From contig CAVOVB010000004.1 of assembly GCA_963699755.1 (NCBI GenBank), positions 96,001 through 160,000 of the forward strand: 64,000 nucleotides of DNA. Direction: 5' to 3'. Below, in pieces: positions 18,457 through 26,777 of the stretch. Under the pieces are notes generated by a model that worked only from the letters and a program-made list of their open reading frames with translations, ran no database searches and was not told the DNA's origin. Source of the stretch: an uncultured delta proteobacterium. GTDB taxonomy: Bacteria; Myxococcota_A; Polyangia; Polyangiales; Houyiibacteriaceae. Both the position numbers and the translations under genes were made by a program. How positions within the stretch are numbered: position 1 is the first letter of the stretch; every line of letters begins with the position of its first letter.

Positions 18457-20744
18457 GGTCTTGTCGTTCCCGGCTCCTGCGTTGGCCCGTCCGATGGGGG
18501 TGGCTCCGGATTCGCGACAGGCGCGGGCTGTGGCTCTCGGCCCGGCTCGAGCTCCGGGGGAAGCTTCGCGCGGGGTTCCAATCGCTTGATGGCTGCGATG
18601 GCGACCGAGGCATGGGTGCCAGACGGACGCCGTTTCACGTACGTGTAGTACGCCGAGACCGCTTCTTCGTTTCGTCCAAGACGCTCGCAGGTTCTCCCGA
18701 GATTGAAGTAGCCGTCCGGATGACCCCGTTGCCCCGCAACTCTGAAATAACGGGCCGCCGAGTCGTAGTCCTCCATGCCGGTCAAGACCTTGCCGAGGCC
18801 ATCCATCGCCTCGGCAGAGCCGGGGCGCGCTTCCAAGGCACTATCGAAGTAGGCGCGGGCGCGGGAATAGTTTTCCGCCGCCAGCTCGGCGCGACCCTGT
18901 GTCATGTACCAGTCGTAGTCCCGCACCGGCGGCCGCCCATCGACAAACGCGTCACTCCCGGCAGCCTGCGCGAGGCGCTCATAGTCGTCCTCGCGGCGTT
19001 TGGCCGGAGCGATTCGTTCCGTAGGTGGAGCCGGCGACGCGGGCTCGGTCGCGTTCGGAGCCTCGGTCCCTTGCCCGGACCCCGTCTCACTCGCCTGTGC
19101 GGCCCCTGCCACGGCCTCCGTCGCGCTCCCCACCGCTGCCCCTGCCGCTGCCTCAGCGTTCACCACAATGCCAGCGTCCGCTACGACGCCGGCGTCCGCT
19201 ACGACGCCAGCATCGGCGAGGGGCTCCGACGCCCGCAGCTCGGCAAGCAGCTTCGCTGCAACCGGATGGTCCGGATGGTCGAGCAAAATCCTCTCCAGGG
19301 GCTTCGTCGCTTCCGAATCCTCACCCGCGGCGTGCTGCGCCCGCGCCAGCAACAAGAGGTAGGGAACGCCGTCGGGCGAGAGCTCGACGGCCTGTTTGGC
19401 GCTTCTGAGTCCCCGTTCCAAGCGATTGTCCGACTCGGCAGCGGTCAGACGCGCGTCGATCCGGAAGAACTCCGCGGTGCGACTGAATGACATCGACCGA
19501 ACGTTTTCCAGCACGCGACGCGACTCGGCATGATCGCCGGACAAGCGAAGCGCGTCAGCTTCGGAGAGCATCGCTTCCAAATCGCTTGGCTCCATCTGGC
19601 GGGCGCGCTGAGCGGTCGTCATCGCTGCGGTCGTAAGGGCGTCGATGCTCTCGCCCGTTGCCCCAGCGTCGACCTGCGCCTGTGCTGCGAGGGCATAGGC
19701 GCGGGAAAGCCTGGACAGAATCTCCGGGTCGCGATCGCCACCGGCCGCGACCGCAAGGTCATAGGCTTGAATCGCATTCGCGTACGCTGTCGGGTGACCT
19801 TCGGACAAGCTCGCGTCGCCCTCTTCGACGCTCGCTGCGATGAGCGCAGTATCTGCACCGATACCGAGCAGCTGAGCCACACGTTCCCACTGCGCAATCA
19901 CCAGGGCGACCCCGCCCACGATCACGATGAGCATGAGCCAACGCAACGGCGACCCACCACGCTTAGGCAAGCCAGGAATGTCGTCATCGTCGTCATAGTA
20001 AGCTGGCGGCGGCGTGCTCGGTTGCCTCCCAGAAGGCATCCGCTCCTCGAACTCGGCCTCCTCGATCTCCGTCGCACGCGGCGGCGCCGACGAATGGACC
20101 ATCGGCCGGGCCGTATCCGCAGCCGCATCGGCGAGGCGCCCCGCCGCATCGTCGACATCGTCTCCCCACGCCTCCGGCTCTGGCGCTCTCACAGCCTCTG
20201 GCACTGTCACTGGCTCTGCCTCGGCTCCGACGCCTAACTCAGCCGATCCGAGCGGAATCATCCTTTCTCTTGGCATCACGCCAAGCAAGGTCGGCTGCCT
20301 TAGCCGCCGCCCCGGAGGCAGGCTCGAGTCCTTCGAGGGTTGGGCTGACTGTTCGGAGCCTGGCGTTTCAGTCCCGGGAGGAACCGATGAGGGGACCCTC
20401 GTCGAAGGGAGCTGTACGCCTGCCGCCTTGAAGAAGGTCTCCAGCTCGGGAATCAAGCCTAGCGGTTTCCAGTTCTCGTCGCCCCGCGCGATCTCGTTCG
20501 CGGGCGTCAGCTCGCCAGAGCTGATCCGCCGCTGAAGCTCGCGAAGCGAGTCGATCATGTCGATCGAGTCGTCTTCCAATTTGAGGCGCCAAACACTGGT
20601 CGTGCGGTCCGCATCGGCCTCCGCTGTTGGGTACACCTTGAAGACGTGCCCGCAGTTAGTGCATTTCACGCTGGTTCCACGCCCGGAAAGCAGCGTTTCG
20701 TCAAATTCGTATTCGGTGCTGCAGCGCTCGCAAGTAACGTCCAT
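18453..20744 (-). CDS. MJ0042-type zinc-ribbon / GYF-like / TM / TPR membrane protein
   Basis: MDVTCERC...VKCTNCGHVF zinc ribbon; GYF_2-like LQRRISSGELTPANEIARGDENWKPL; Pro/acidic linker; TM; periplasmic TPRs; start taken at ATG 20744. Confidence 0.85.
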   Translation of the reverse strand: MDVTCERCSTEYEFDETLLSGRGTSVKCTNCGHVFKVYPTAEADADRTTSVWRLKLEDDSIDMIDSLRELQRRISSGELTPANEIARGDENWKPLGLIPELETFFKAAGVQLPSTRVPSSVPPGTETPGSEQSAQPSKDSSLPPGRRLRQPTLLGVMPRERMIPLGSAELGVGAEAEPVTVPEAVRAPEPEAWGDDVDDAAGRLADAAADTARPMVHSSAPPRATEIEEAEFEERMPSGRQPSTPPPAYYDDDDDIPGLPKRGGSPLRWLMLIVIVGGVALVIAQWERVAQLLGIGADTALIAASVEEGDASLSEGHPTAYANAIQAYDLAVAAGGDRDPEILSRLSRAYALAAQAQVDAGATGESIDALTTAAMTTAQRARQMEPSDLEAMLSEADALRLSGDHAESRRVLENVRSMSFSRTAEFFRIDARLTAAESDNRLERGLRSAKQAVELSPDGVPYLLLLARAQHAAGEDSEATKPLERILLDHPDHPVAAKLLAELRASEPLADAGVVADAGVVADAGIVVNAEAAAGAAVGSATEAVAGAAQASETGSGQGTEAPNATEPASPAPPTERIAPAKRREDDYERLAQAAGSDAFVDGRPPVRDYDWYMTQGRAELAAENYSRARAYFDSALEARPGSAEAMDGLGKVLTGMEDYDSAARYFRVAGQRGHPDGYFNLGRTCERLGRNEEAVSAYYTYVKRRPSGTHASVAIAAIKRLEPRAKLPPELEPGREPQPAPVANPEPPPSDGPTQEPGTTRP
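19164..19217. repeat. 18-bp tandem repeat (about 3 copies) encoding ADAGVV-ADAGVV-ADAGIV
   Basis: GCGTCCGCTACGACGCC occurs twice with degenerate flanking copies in the linker of the zinc-ribbon/TPR gene. Confidence 0.75.
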
Positions 20745-20821
20745 CAGTCGAGAAGCCCCCCAGGCTCGTAGTGGTGTGCGGTTGCTCGCCTTCGCCAATG
20801 TTTGCTATGAGAAACCGGCCA

Positions 20822-21493
20822 ATGCGTCGGGATCTGGCTGCATTCATCGATCACACACTCCTGCGACCCGATGCGATCGGGCCCGATTTCGTGCAGCTCT
20901 GCCGTGAAGCTGTTCGGTACAGCTTCGCAACCGTCTGTGTCAATTCGTCCCACGTGGCGCTTTGTACCGCACTGCTGGCGGACCGCCAGGTCCCTATTGC
21001 TGCTACCGTGTCATTCCCCCTAGGAGCGAGCAGCCCAGCCGCGAAGGCCGCAGAAACCACCCAAGCTCTGCTGGATGGGGCTTCGGAAATCGACATGGTC
21101 TGTGCGATCTCTGCCCTCAAAGAAGGCCAGGAGCAGCGCTTCATCGACGAGATTCGGAGGGTGGTCGACGCGGCCGACGGCGCAGCGGTCAAGGTCATCC
21201 TCGAAACCTGCCTACTCAGCGACGCGGAAAAGCGCCGGGGCGCCCAGTGGATTCGGAGCGCCGGGGCGGCATTCGTCAAGACTTCAACCGGCTTCTCGAG
21301 CGGAGGAGCCACCGAGGATGACGTGAGGCTGCTCCGTCGGGCGGTAGGACCCGATTTCGGGGTGAAGGCATCCGGCGGCATACGCAACGCAGCAAGCGCG
21401 GAAAGAATGATTGCGGCAGGTGCCAATCGGCTAGGGACGAGCGCAGGCGTCGCGATCGTGACAGAATCTAACATCGAAGACAGGGGAATCTGA
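20822..21493 (+). CDS. deoC: Deoxyribose-phosphate aldolase
   Basis: IDHTLLRP, FPLGA, GASEIDMV, VKVILET, FVKTSTGF, GVKASGGIR, RLGTS. Confidence 0.96.
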   Translation: MRRDLAAFIDHTLLRPDAIGPDFVQLCREAVRYSFATVCVNSSHVALCTALLADRQVPIAATVSFPLGASSPAAKAAETTQALLDGASEIDMVCAISALKEGQEQRFIDEIRRVVDAADGAAVKVILETCLLSDAEKRRGAQWIRSAGAAFVKTSTGFSSGGATEDDVRLLRRAVGPDFGVKASGGIRNAASAERMIAAGANRLGTSAGVAIVTESNIEDRGI

Positions 21494-21494
21494 A

Positions 21495-22133
21495 ATGGCA
21501 GTTCAGTCGGTCACAGACGCAACTTTTGAAGCCGAGGTGCTTCGCTCGGATCTTCCAGTACTCGTGGACCTTTACGCGGATTGGTGTCAGCCCTGCAAGC
21601 AGCTCTCGCCGATCGTCGAGCAAGTCGCGACTGAGCTCGTCGGGAAGATCAAGGTCGTCAAGGTCGACGTCGACAACAACCCCATGGTCGCGCAGACCTT
21701 CCGTGCCCAGTCGATCCCCATGCTGCTGGTCATCGCCCAGGGCAGGGTGGCGCAACAGCACGTCGGCGTGCTCGACAAGGCCGGTTTGCTCCGCCTGCTC
21801 GAGCCGGTGATGCCTCGCTCGGCCGCAGAGGTCCGCCCCGACGAGCTGGCCGCGTGGATCGCGCAGGGCAAGGCGGTTCCCGTCGATATCCGCGACGCGG
21901 CGTCGTACGGCCGCTACCGAATTCCCACTGCGCTTCACATTCCCGCGGGTGAGCTGGCAAGCCGGGTCCAAGAGCTGCAGCCCTTCGACGGCCGCGTTCG
22001 AGTGCTCTACGGACGAAGTGAAGAGGCCAAGGACTGGGGTGAGAAACTTCAAGCAGACGGGGTCCAGGTCGGGTTCCTCGCCGGCGGCTTTCTTCACTGG
22101 GAAGCCGACGGGCTCGAGGTCGAGCGAGGTTGA
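21495..22133 (+). CDS. Thioredoxin - rhodanese-like fusion protein
   Basis: PVLVDLYADWCQPCK and SIP thioredoxin; VDIRDAASY..RIPTALHIP and LAGGFLHW rhodanese fold. Confidence 0.85.
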   Translation: MAVQSVTDATFEAEVLRSDLPVLVDLYADWCQPCKQLSPIVEQVATELVGKIKVVKVDVDNNPMVAQTFRAQSIPMLLVIAQGRVAQQHVGVLDKAGLLRLLEPVMPRSAAEVRPDELAAWIAQGKAVPVDIRDAASYGRYRIPTALHIPAGELASRVQELQPFDGRVRVLYGRSEEAKDWGEKLQADGVQVGFLAGGFLHWEADGLEVERG

Positions 22134-22474
22134 AACGTTCACTTCACGTCATCGATGAGCTCCGCGATCCACCGCTTCGGACGCCGAGGCTTGTGCGCGT
22201 GGGAAACCGGGTCGTCTCGGTCGTCGATACCGCAGATGGGCTGGCGAGCCGTCGCTTCGCGGACGCCCTGGTCGAAACCGGAGCGACTCGCCTCAGCGAC
22301 GAGAGTGATGCCCGCCCCGACCTCCGGATCGTCATCCGTGGCGCCGCTGCGTCCGCCGAGGCCCGTCTGGGTGCGGAGGTTCTGGAAGAGGCTGCGGATC
22401 TCGTGCTCGGATCGGCGCGCCGCAGTTTCGCAAGGCTTCTGGGATCGGCCTGCGCCCGTTCGGTGAACGACTAG
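22130..22474 (+). CDS. Hypothetical protein (114 aa)
   Basis: TTG start overlapping the stop of the previous gene (TTGA) with GAGG upstream; GC3-rich codons. Confidence 0.55.
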   Translation: MKRSLHVIDELRDPPLRTPRLVRVGNRVVSVVDTADGLASRRFADALVETGATRLSDESDARPDLRIVIRGAAASAEARLGAEVLEEAADLVLGSARRSFARLLGSACARSVND

Positions 22475-22615
22475 GTTGCCGCCGGAAAGCTCTGGCCCCG
22501 GCGCCACCCGATCGAGGTGCTCGCGGCGCGCTGTTCATGCGAGGCGGTGCCCTATCTCCTGGTGTTTCGACGACTGCCGACCGCCCGAGAGCGGCGAGCC
22601 CATCGACGAGTGCGG

Positions 22616-23710
22616 CTAGGGCTTGCAGCTCGGTAGCTGGCCGTCGACCAACTCCACGTTCATCCGAATCCGCTTCTTCGCTTTCGGTGTCATGTATACC
22701 TTGCAGTCGGCGCCGACGATCACCGCTTCGGCGGGATAGGCGATCCGGCTGAGCATTCTCAGCGCCTTCTCAGGCCCGAGAACGAAGGCTGCGGTGCTCA
22801 GGGCATCGGCATAGATGCCCTCCGACGTCATGATCGTCACCGAGAGGGACTTGTCGGCGGGCCGACCCGTTTTCGGGTCGATGATGTGGTGCCAGCGTTT
22901 GCCGGCGCCGTCGAACACAGCGTGCTCGTAGTCGCCCGAGGTCGAAAACGAGGCGCCGGTAGACTCTAAGGCCGCGAAATAGCTGCTCGGATCTCTCGGG
23001 TGCTGAATGCCGACGCGCCAGGGGCGCCCATCTCGCTCGCCATGCACTTGCACCTGGCCTCCTCCAAAAATCATGTAGCTGTCGACGCCGGCTCCACGAA
23101 GAACCGCCCCGGCTTGATCGAGCGCGTAGCCCTTTGCGATGCCACCTGTTCCGATCGCCATTCCGCGCTTCTTCAGAAACACCGTTTGGTACTTCTTGTC
23201 GACACGGACCTTGCGATAGTCGATCAACGCGATGCGTGGCTTGATCTCTTCGAGAGTTGGAATCTTGATCGAGTCGGGACGGAAATCGTAGAGGCCCCAG
23301 AGCGCGGCCCAAGAAAGATCAAACGCGCCGCGCGACCAGATCGACACATCCATGCCTGCGTCGACGACGCGCAACGCATCGGCGCCGACCCTGACCGGCT
23401 TCTTCCCAGCGAAGCTGTTCACCTTGGAGATGTCGCTATCGTCACGCCATTCGGACAGAACGGTCTCCAGTCGCTCAATTTCTTCAAACGCCTGACGGAT
23501 CGCGTTCTCGGCGTTGTCTGGGGGCGAGTCCACCTGGATGCGGAACACCGTGCTCATCAGCGGCCGCGTTCTCGAGAGCGAAGCGGGGCTCGAGTGGTCG
23601 GAAGCTGCCGAGCGGGGCGTCGCTTCGGTCGTTTCGCTCTTGCTTTGGCAACCGCATCCGAATGCGAGCAGCGCGATCGCGGCGCACGCGCAAGCTGAGC
23701 CCTTCGCCAC
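22616..23710 (-). CDS. apbE: FAD:protein FMN transferase ApbE (lipoprotein)
   Basis: LMSTVFRI, GAFDLS, GGIAKGYALD, PWRVGIQHPR, STSGDYE, HHIIDPKTG, ADALSTA; start chosen at GTG 23710 before the lipobox FGC (uncertain). Confidence 0.92.
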   Translation of the reverse strand: MAKGSACACAAIALLAFGCGCQSKSETTEATPRSAASDHSSPASLSRTRPLMSTVFRIQVDSPPDNAENAIRQAFEEIERLETVLSEWRDDSDISKVNSFAGKKPVRVGADALRVVDAGMDVSIWSRGAFDLSWAALWGLYDFRPDSIKIPTLEEIKPRIALIDYRKVRVDKKYQTVFLKKRGMAIGTGGIAKGYALDQAGAVLRGAGVDSYMIFGGGQVQVHGERDGRPWRVGIQHPRDPSSYFAALESTGASFSTSGDYEHAVFDGAGKRWHHIIDPKTGRPADKSLSVTIMTSEGIYADALSTAAFVLGPEKALRMLSRIAYPAEAVIVGADCKVYMTPKAKKRIRMNVELVDGQLPSCKP

Positions 23711-23786
23711 GGCGCCACTCTCGTCGCGAACCGTGCCTGCGTCAACCCGGCTTGCGCTTTGACGCACGGTTGGTACTCCTGTGCAC

Positions 23787-24554
23787 ATGCGGGCCATCTT
23801 GGGGGTGCGTTCGGGTCGCCTTGTCTTGGTACTGGCCTGCCTTTCAGTGTCGCCTACGCCGCGCGCGGCTGCGTTCGGTGATGAGGCCGGCGTAGAAATC
23901 GTATCTCTCGACCTCGGCAAGGGCCCCGCCGACGCCCTGAGCGTGACCGAGCGCCTCGCCTGGGAGGTGCGCAAGCGGTCGAGCGTCGAGCCGATTCTCG
24001 AGCCTGGTCGGACCACGCTGGACAAGCCATCTCTGTTTCGAAGCCCCTTCCTATACTGGCGCGGTCGGGATGAATTTCCTCCGCTGAGCGAAGAATCCAT
24101 CGAAGGGCTTCGCAAGTACATCCATCGGGGCGGGTTCATTTTGATCGACGATGCCACCGCCGGGGGCGAGGCATTCGATCGTGCCGTTCGCCGAGAGCTT
24201 CTTCGCGCCTTCCCGGCACTTCCCTTGAAACCGATTCCGGCGGAACACACGATCTACCGATCGTTCTATCTCCTCGAAAGGCCGGTCGGGCGGGTTCAAG
24301 GTCCGGCGTTTCTCGAAGGAATCACGTACGGGGATCGCATCGCCATCGTTTACTCGCGGCATGACCTCGGCGGAGCGCTTCAGCGCGACAAGCTTGGCGC
24401 ATGGAGCCAGGCCGTCGTTCCCGGTGGCGAGCGACAGCGCGAACAGGCCATCCGTCTCGGGGTGAACTTGCTCATGTACGCGCTCTGCACCGACTACAAA
24501 GACGACCAGGTCCATGCCCCGTTCATCATGCGTCGTCGGGGCTCAGGCCTCTGA
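23787..24554 (+). CDS. DUF4159 domain-containing exported protein
   Basis: PFLYWRG, LRKYIHRGGFILIDD, HTIYRSFYLL, LGVNLLMYALCTDYKDDQVH; signal peptide. Confidence 0.85.
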   Translation: MRAILGVRSGRLVLVLACLSVSPTPRAAAFGDEAGVEIVSLDLGKGPADALSVTERLAWEVRKRSSVEPILEPGRTTLDKPSLFRSPFLYWRGRDEFPPLSEESIEGLRKYIHRGGFILIDDATAGGEAFDRAVRRELLRAFPALPLKPIPAEHTIYRSFYLLERPVGRVQGPAFLEGITYGDRIAIVYSRHDLGGALQRDKLGAWSQAVVPGGERQREQAIRLGVNLLMYALCTDYKDDQVHAPFIMRRRGSGL

Positions 24555-24557
24555 GGG

Positions 24558-26774
24558 TTGCCCGTGGAGGATTGGCAGTGGCAACTCGGGATCTGGGGAG
24601 GCAACACGACAGCCTGGGTACTGGGGCTCGCCCTCTTGGTGCTCTGGCTCGTCGAGCTCAGGTCCATTCGCGGCGAGAGCGACCGAAAGCGTCGATTCAC
24701 CCTGGCTGCCCTCGGCGGGCTAGGCATATTGTCGGTCTATCTGCTTGCCCTGCAGGTCACACTAGTCCGCGAGACCTTTGAGGATGTAGCGGGGAGCACG
24801 GCCATCGTCCTCGACAACTCGCGAAGCATGACGCTCTCCGGCTCACATGGTGCCCGGAGCGACGCTGCGCAGGCGCTGATCGGCGAGTGGCAGAAGGACG
24901 ATCGGATCAGTCCAGTGGTCTATCTCTTCGGCGCGACTGTGCGCGCCACGGCTTGGAATGGGCTTGCGCAAAGCTATGAGCCTTCCGACGATGAGACCAA
25001 GATCCGCAACGCGCTCAGCTACGTTCTTGGAAAGGGTGCGGAACGAGAGCTCGGCTCTCTCGTCCTGATCACCGATGGCGCCGACCCCAGCTTTCGCGCG
25101 GAGACGGTCGCGCTCGGTCCAAACGCGCCGGTGATTCACAGTATCGTCGTCGGCGGCGACGACCCCCTCGACGACCAAGCCATCGTGTCGCTTCAGGCCG
25201 ACACGACCGCATACGTCGGCGTGCCTGCAATCATTCGCGTCAATGTCCGCGCGGTGGGTGACTTGCAGACTGCCGAGCTTCGCGTCCAACTCTGGCACGA
25301 AAGCCGGCTCGAACAGGAGGCCGTCGCGACACTCGATGCAAGTGGCCGCGGCGCCTTGGCTTTCGAGGTGACCCCACAGCGCACTGGACGCTCCCTTTAC
25401 CGACTCCTGATTCCAGTGGCCGCAAACGACGAGGTGCCCCAAAACAACGATCGGGCGGCACTGCTAAGGGTTGGCCGAGAGCGCCTGCGCGCACTGCTGG
25501 TTGCCGGGCGTCCGACTTGGGACGTTCGATTCCTGCGAGACTTCCTGAAGCGAGACAGCTCGGTCGACCTGGTGTCGTTCTTCATTTTGCGCGCGGCGGC
25601 GGATTTGACCGCTGCGCCGACCAACGAGCTGGCCTTGATCCCGTTTCCCACCGACGAGCTCTTCCGAGAGCATCTCGGCAGCTTTGATGTCGTCATCTTC
25701 CAGAACTTCGATTACGCGCCGTACGAGATGCAGACTTACTTGCCTCGCATCAAAGAGTATGTGCAGCGGGGTGGCTCGTTCGTGATGATCGGTGGAGATC
25801 GCTCCTTCGCCGAAGGGCGCTACACCGGCACGGCCATCGAACAGATCTTGCCAGTCAAGCTCGGAGCGCCTGGCGCGCTCAAGGGCAGCTACCGGGCCGA
25901 GGTCAGCAAGGCGCTCGCACGCCATCCCATCGTCGCACTCGGTCCCGACCCAGGCCTCACCAGGCAGACCTGGAGAGCGCTCCCCGCCTTGTACGGGGCC
26001 AACATGGTGAGCGCGGTCAAAGAGGGGGCTCAGGTCCTGCTCGAGCACCCGCGGGCGCGGATCCAGGGAGGCGCCCGGCTTCCGATTCTCGTGGTGGGCG
26101 AGTCGGGTAGGGGGCGAGTTGCGGCATTGACCAGCGATTCGACCTGGCGGTGGCGCTTTGCGGGGGACGATAGCGCGGTTGGCTCCGACGAATACGAGCT
26201 TTTCTGGGATCGGATGATTCGCTGGTTAACCCACGACCCGCTTCTCGAGCCGGCGCGGATCTCGACCGACAGGGAACGCTACGGGATTGGCAGCGAGCTC
26301 GTGATTTCCGGAAAGCTCCGTGACAAGAGCTATCGGCCGATGGAGAAGGCCCGCGTCGAGCTGCAGTTTCAGCCGGCGGTCCAGGATGAAGCCATTGCGG
26401 TCGTCGACACCGATGAAGACGGCCAGATTCAGGCCACGGTCCGCGCACCCACCGAGCCAGGCGCATATGAAATCGTCGCCTCGGTCGAGAACGAGGACGT
26501 GGCGCGCGAAGTGTTCGTCGTCGAGCAGAGCGGGGATGAGCTTGCAGACCTCGAAGCGAGGCCCGCAGAGCTCGAAGCGCTGGCGAATGAGACAGGCGGC
26601 CGAATGTTCCTCGGCATGCAAGACGTGCCGCCGCTCTTCGAGCTTGCATCCAACATGCGCCGTGCCGCCGGACTGACGTCGAAGCAGCCGCTTTCGAAGC
26701 CCTGGTTCATCGCGCTGACAGTGCTGCTGCTCGGCGCGACCTGGATGCTGAGAAGACGTTGGGGGCGGCGCTAG
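24558..26774 (+). CDS. Membrane protein with VWA (MIDAS) and class I glutamine-amidotransferase-like (DUF1355-type) domains
   Basis: Two N-terminal TMs; LDNSRSM and LITDG (VWA); GRPTWDVRFLR, LALIPFPTDELF, GGSFVMIGGDRSF, GRGRV..TWRWRF; C-terminal TM + WMLRRRWG. Confidence 0.82.
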   Translation: MPVEDWQWQLGIWGGNTTAWVLGLALLVLWLVELRSIRGESDRKRRFTLAALGGLGILSVYLLALQVTLVRETFEDVAGSTAIVLDNSRSMTLSGSHGARSDAAQALIGEWQKDDRISPVVYLFGATVRATAWNGLAQSYEPSDDETKIRNALSYVLGKGAERELGSLVLITDGADPSFRAETVALGPNAPVIHSIVVGGDDPLDDQAIVSLQADTTAYVGVPAIIRVNVRAVGDLQTAELRVQLWHESRLEQEAVATLDASGRGALAFEVTPQRTGRSLYRLLIPVAANDEVPQNNDRAALLRVGRERLRALLVAGRPTWDVRFLRDFLKRDSSVDLVSFFILRAAADLTAAPTNELALIPFPTDELFREHLGSFDVVIFQNFDYAPYEMQTYLPRIKEYVQRGGSFVMIGGDRSFAEGRYTGTAIEQILPVKLGAPGALKGSYRAEVSKALARHPIVALGPDPGLTRQTWRALPALYGANMVSAVKEGAQVLLEHPRARIQGGARLPILVVGESGRGRVAALTSDSTWRWRFAGDDSAVGSDEYELFWDRMIRWLTHDPLLEPARISTDRERYGIGSELVISGKLRDKSYRPMEKARVELQFQPAVQDEAIAVVDTDEDGQIQATVRAPTEPGAYEIVASVENEDVAREVFVVEQSGDELADLEARPAELEALANETGGRMFLGMQDVPPLFELASNMRRAAGLTSKQPLSKPWFIALTVLLLGATWMLRRRWGRR

Positions 26775-26777
26775 GTC

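Noticed and set aside
23711..24250. N-terminal extension of the 544-aa ApbE ORF
   Set aside because: Overlaps the DUF4159 gene on the other strand; the lipoprotein signal starts near 23710
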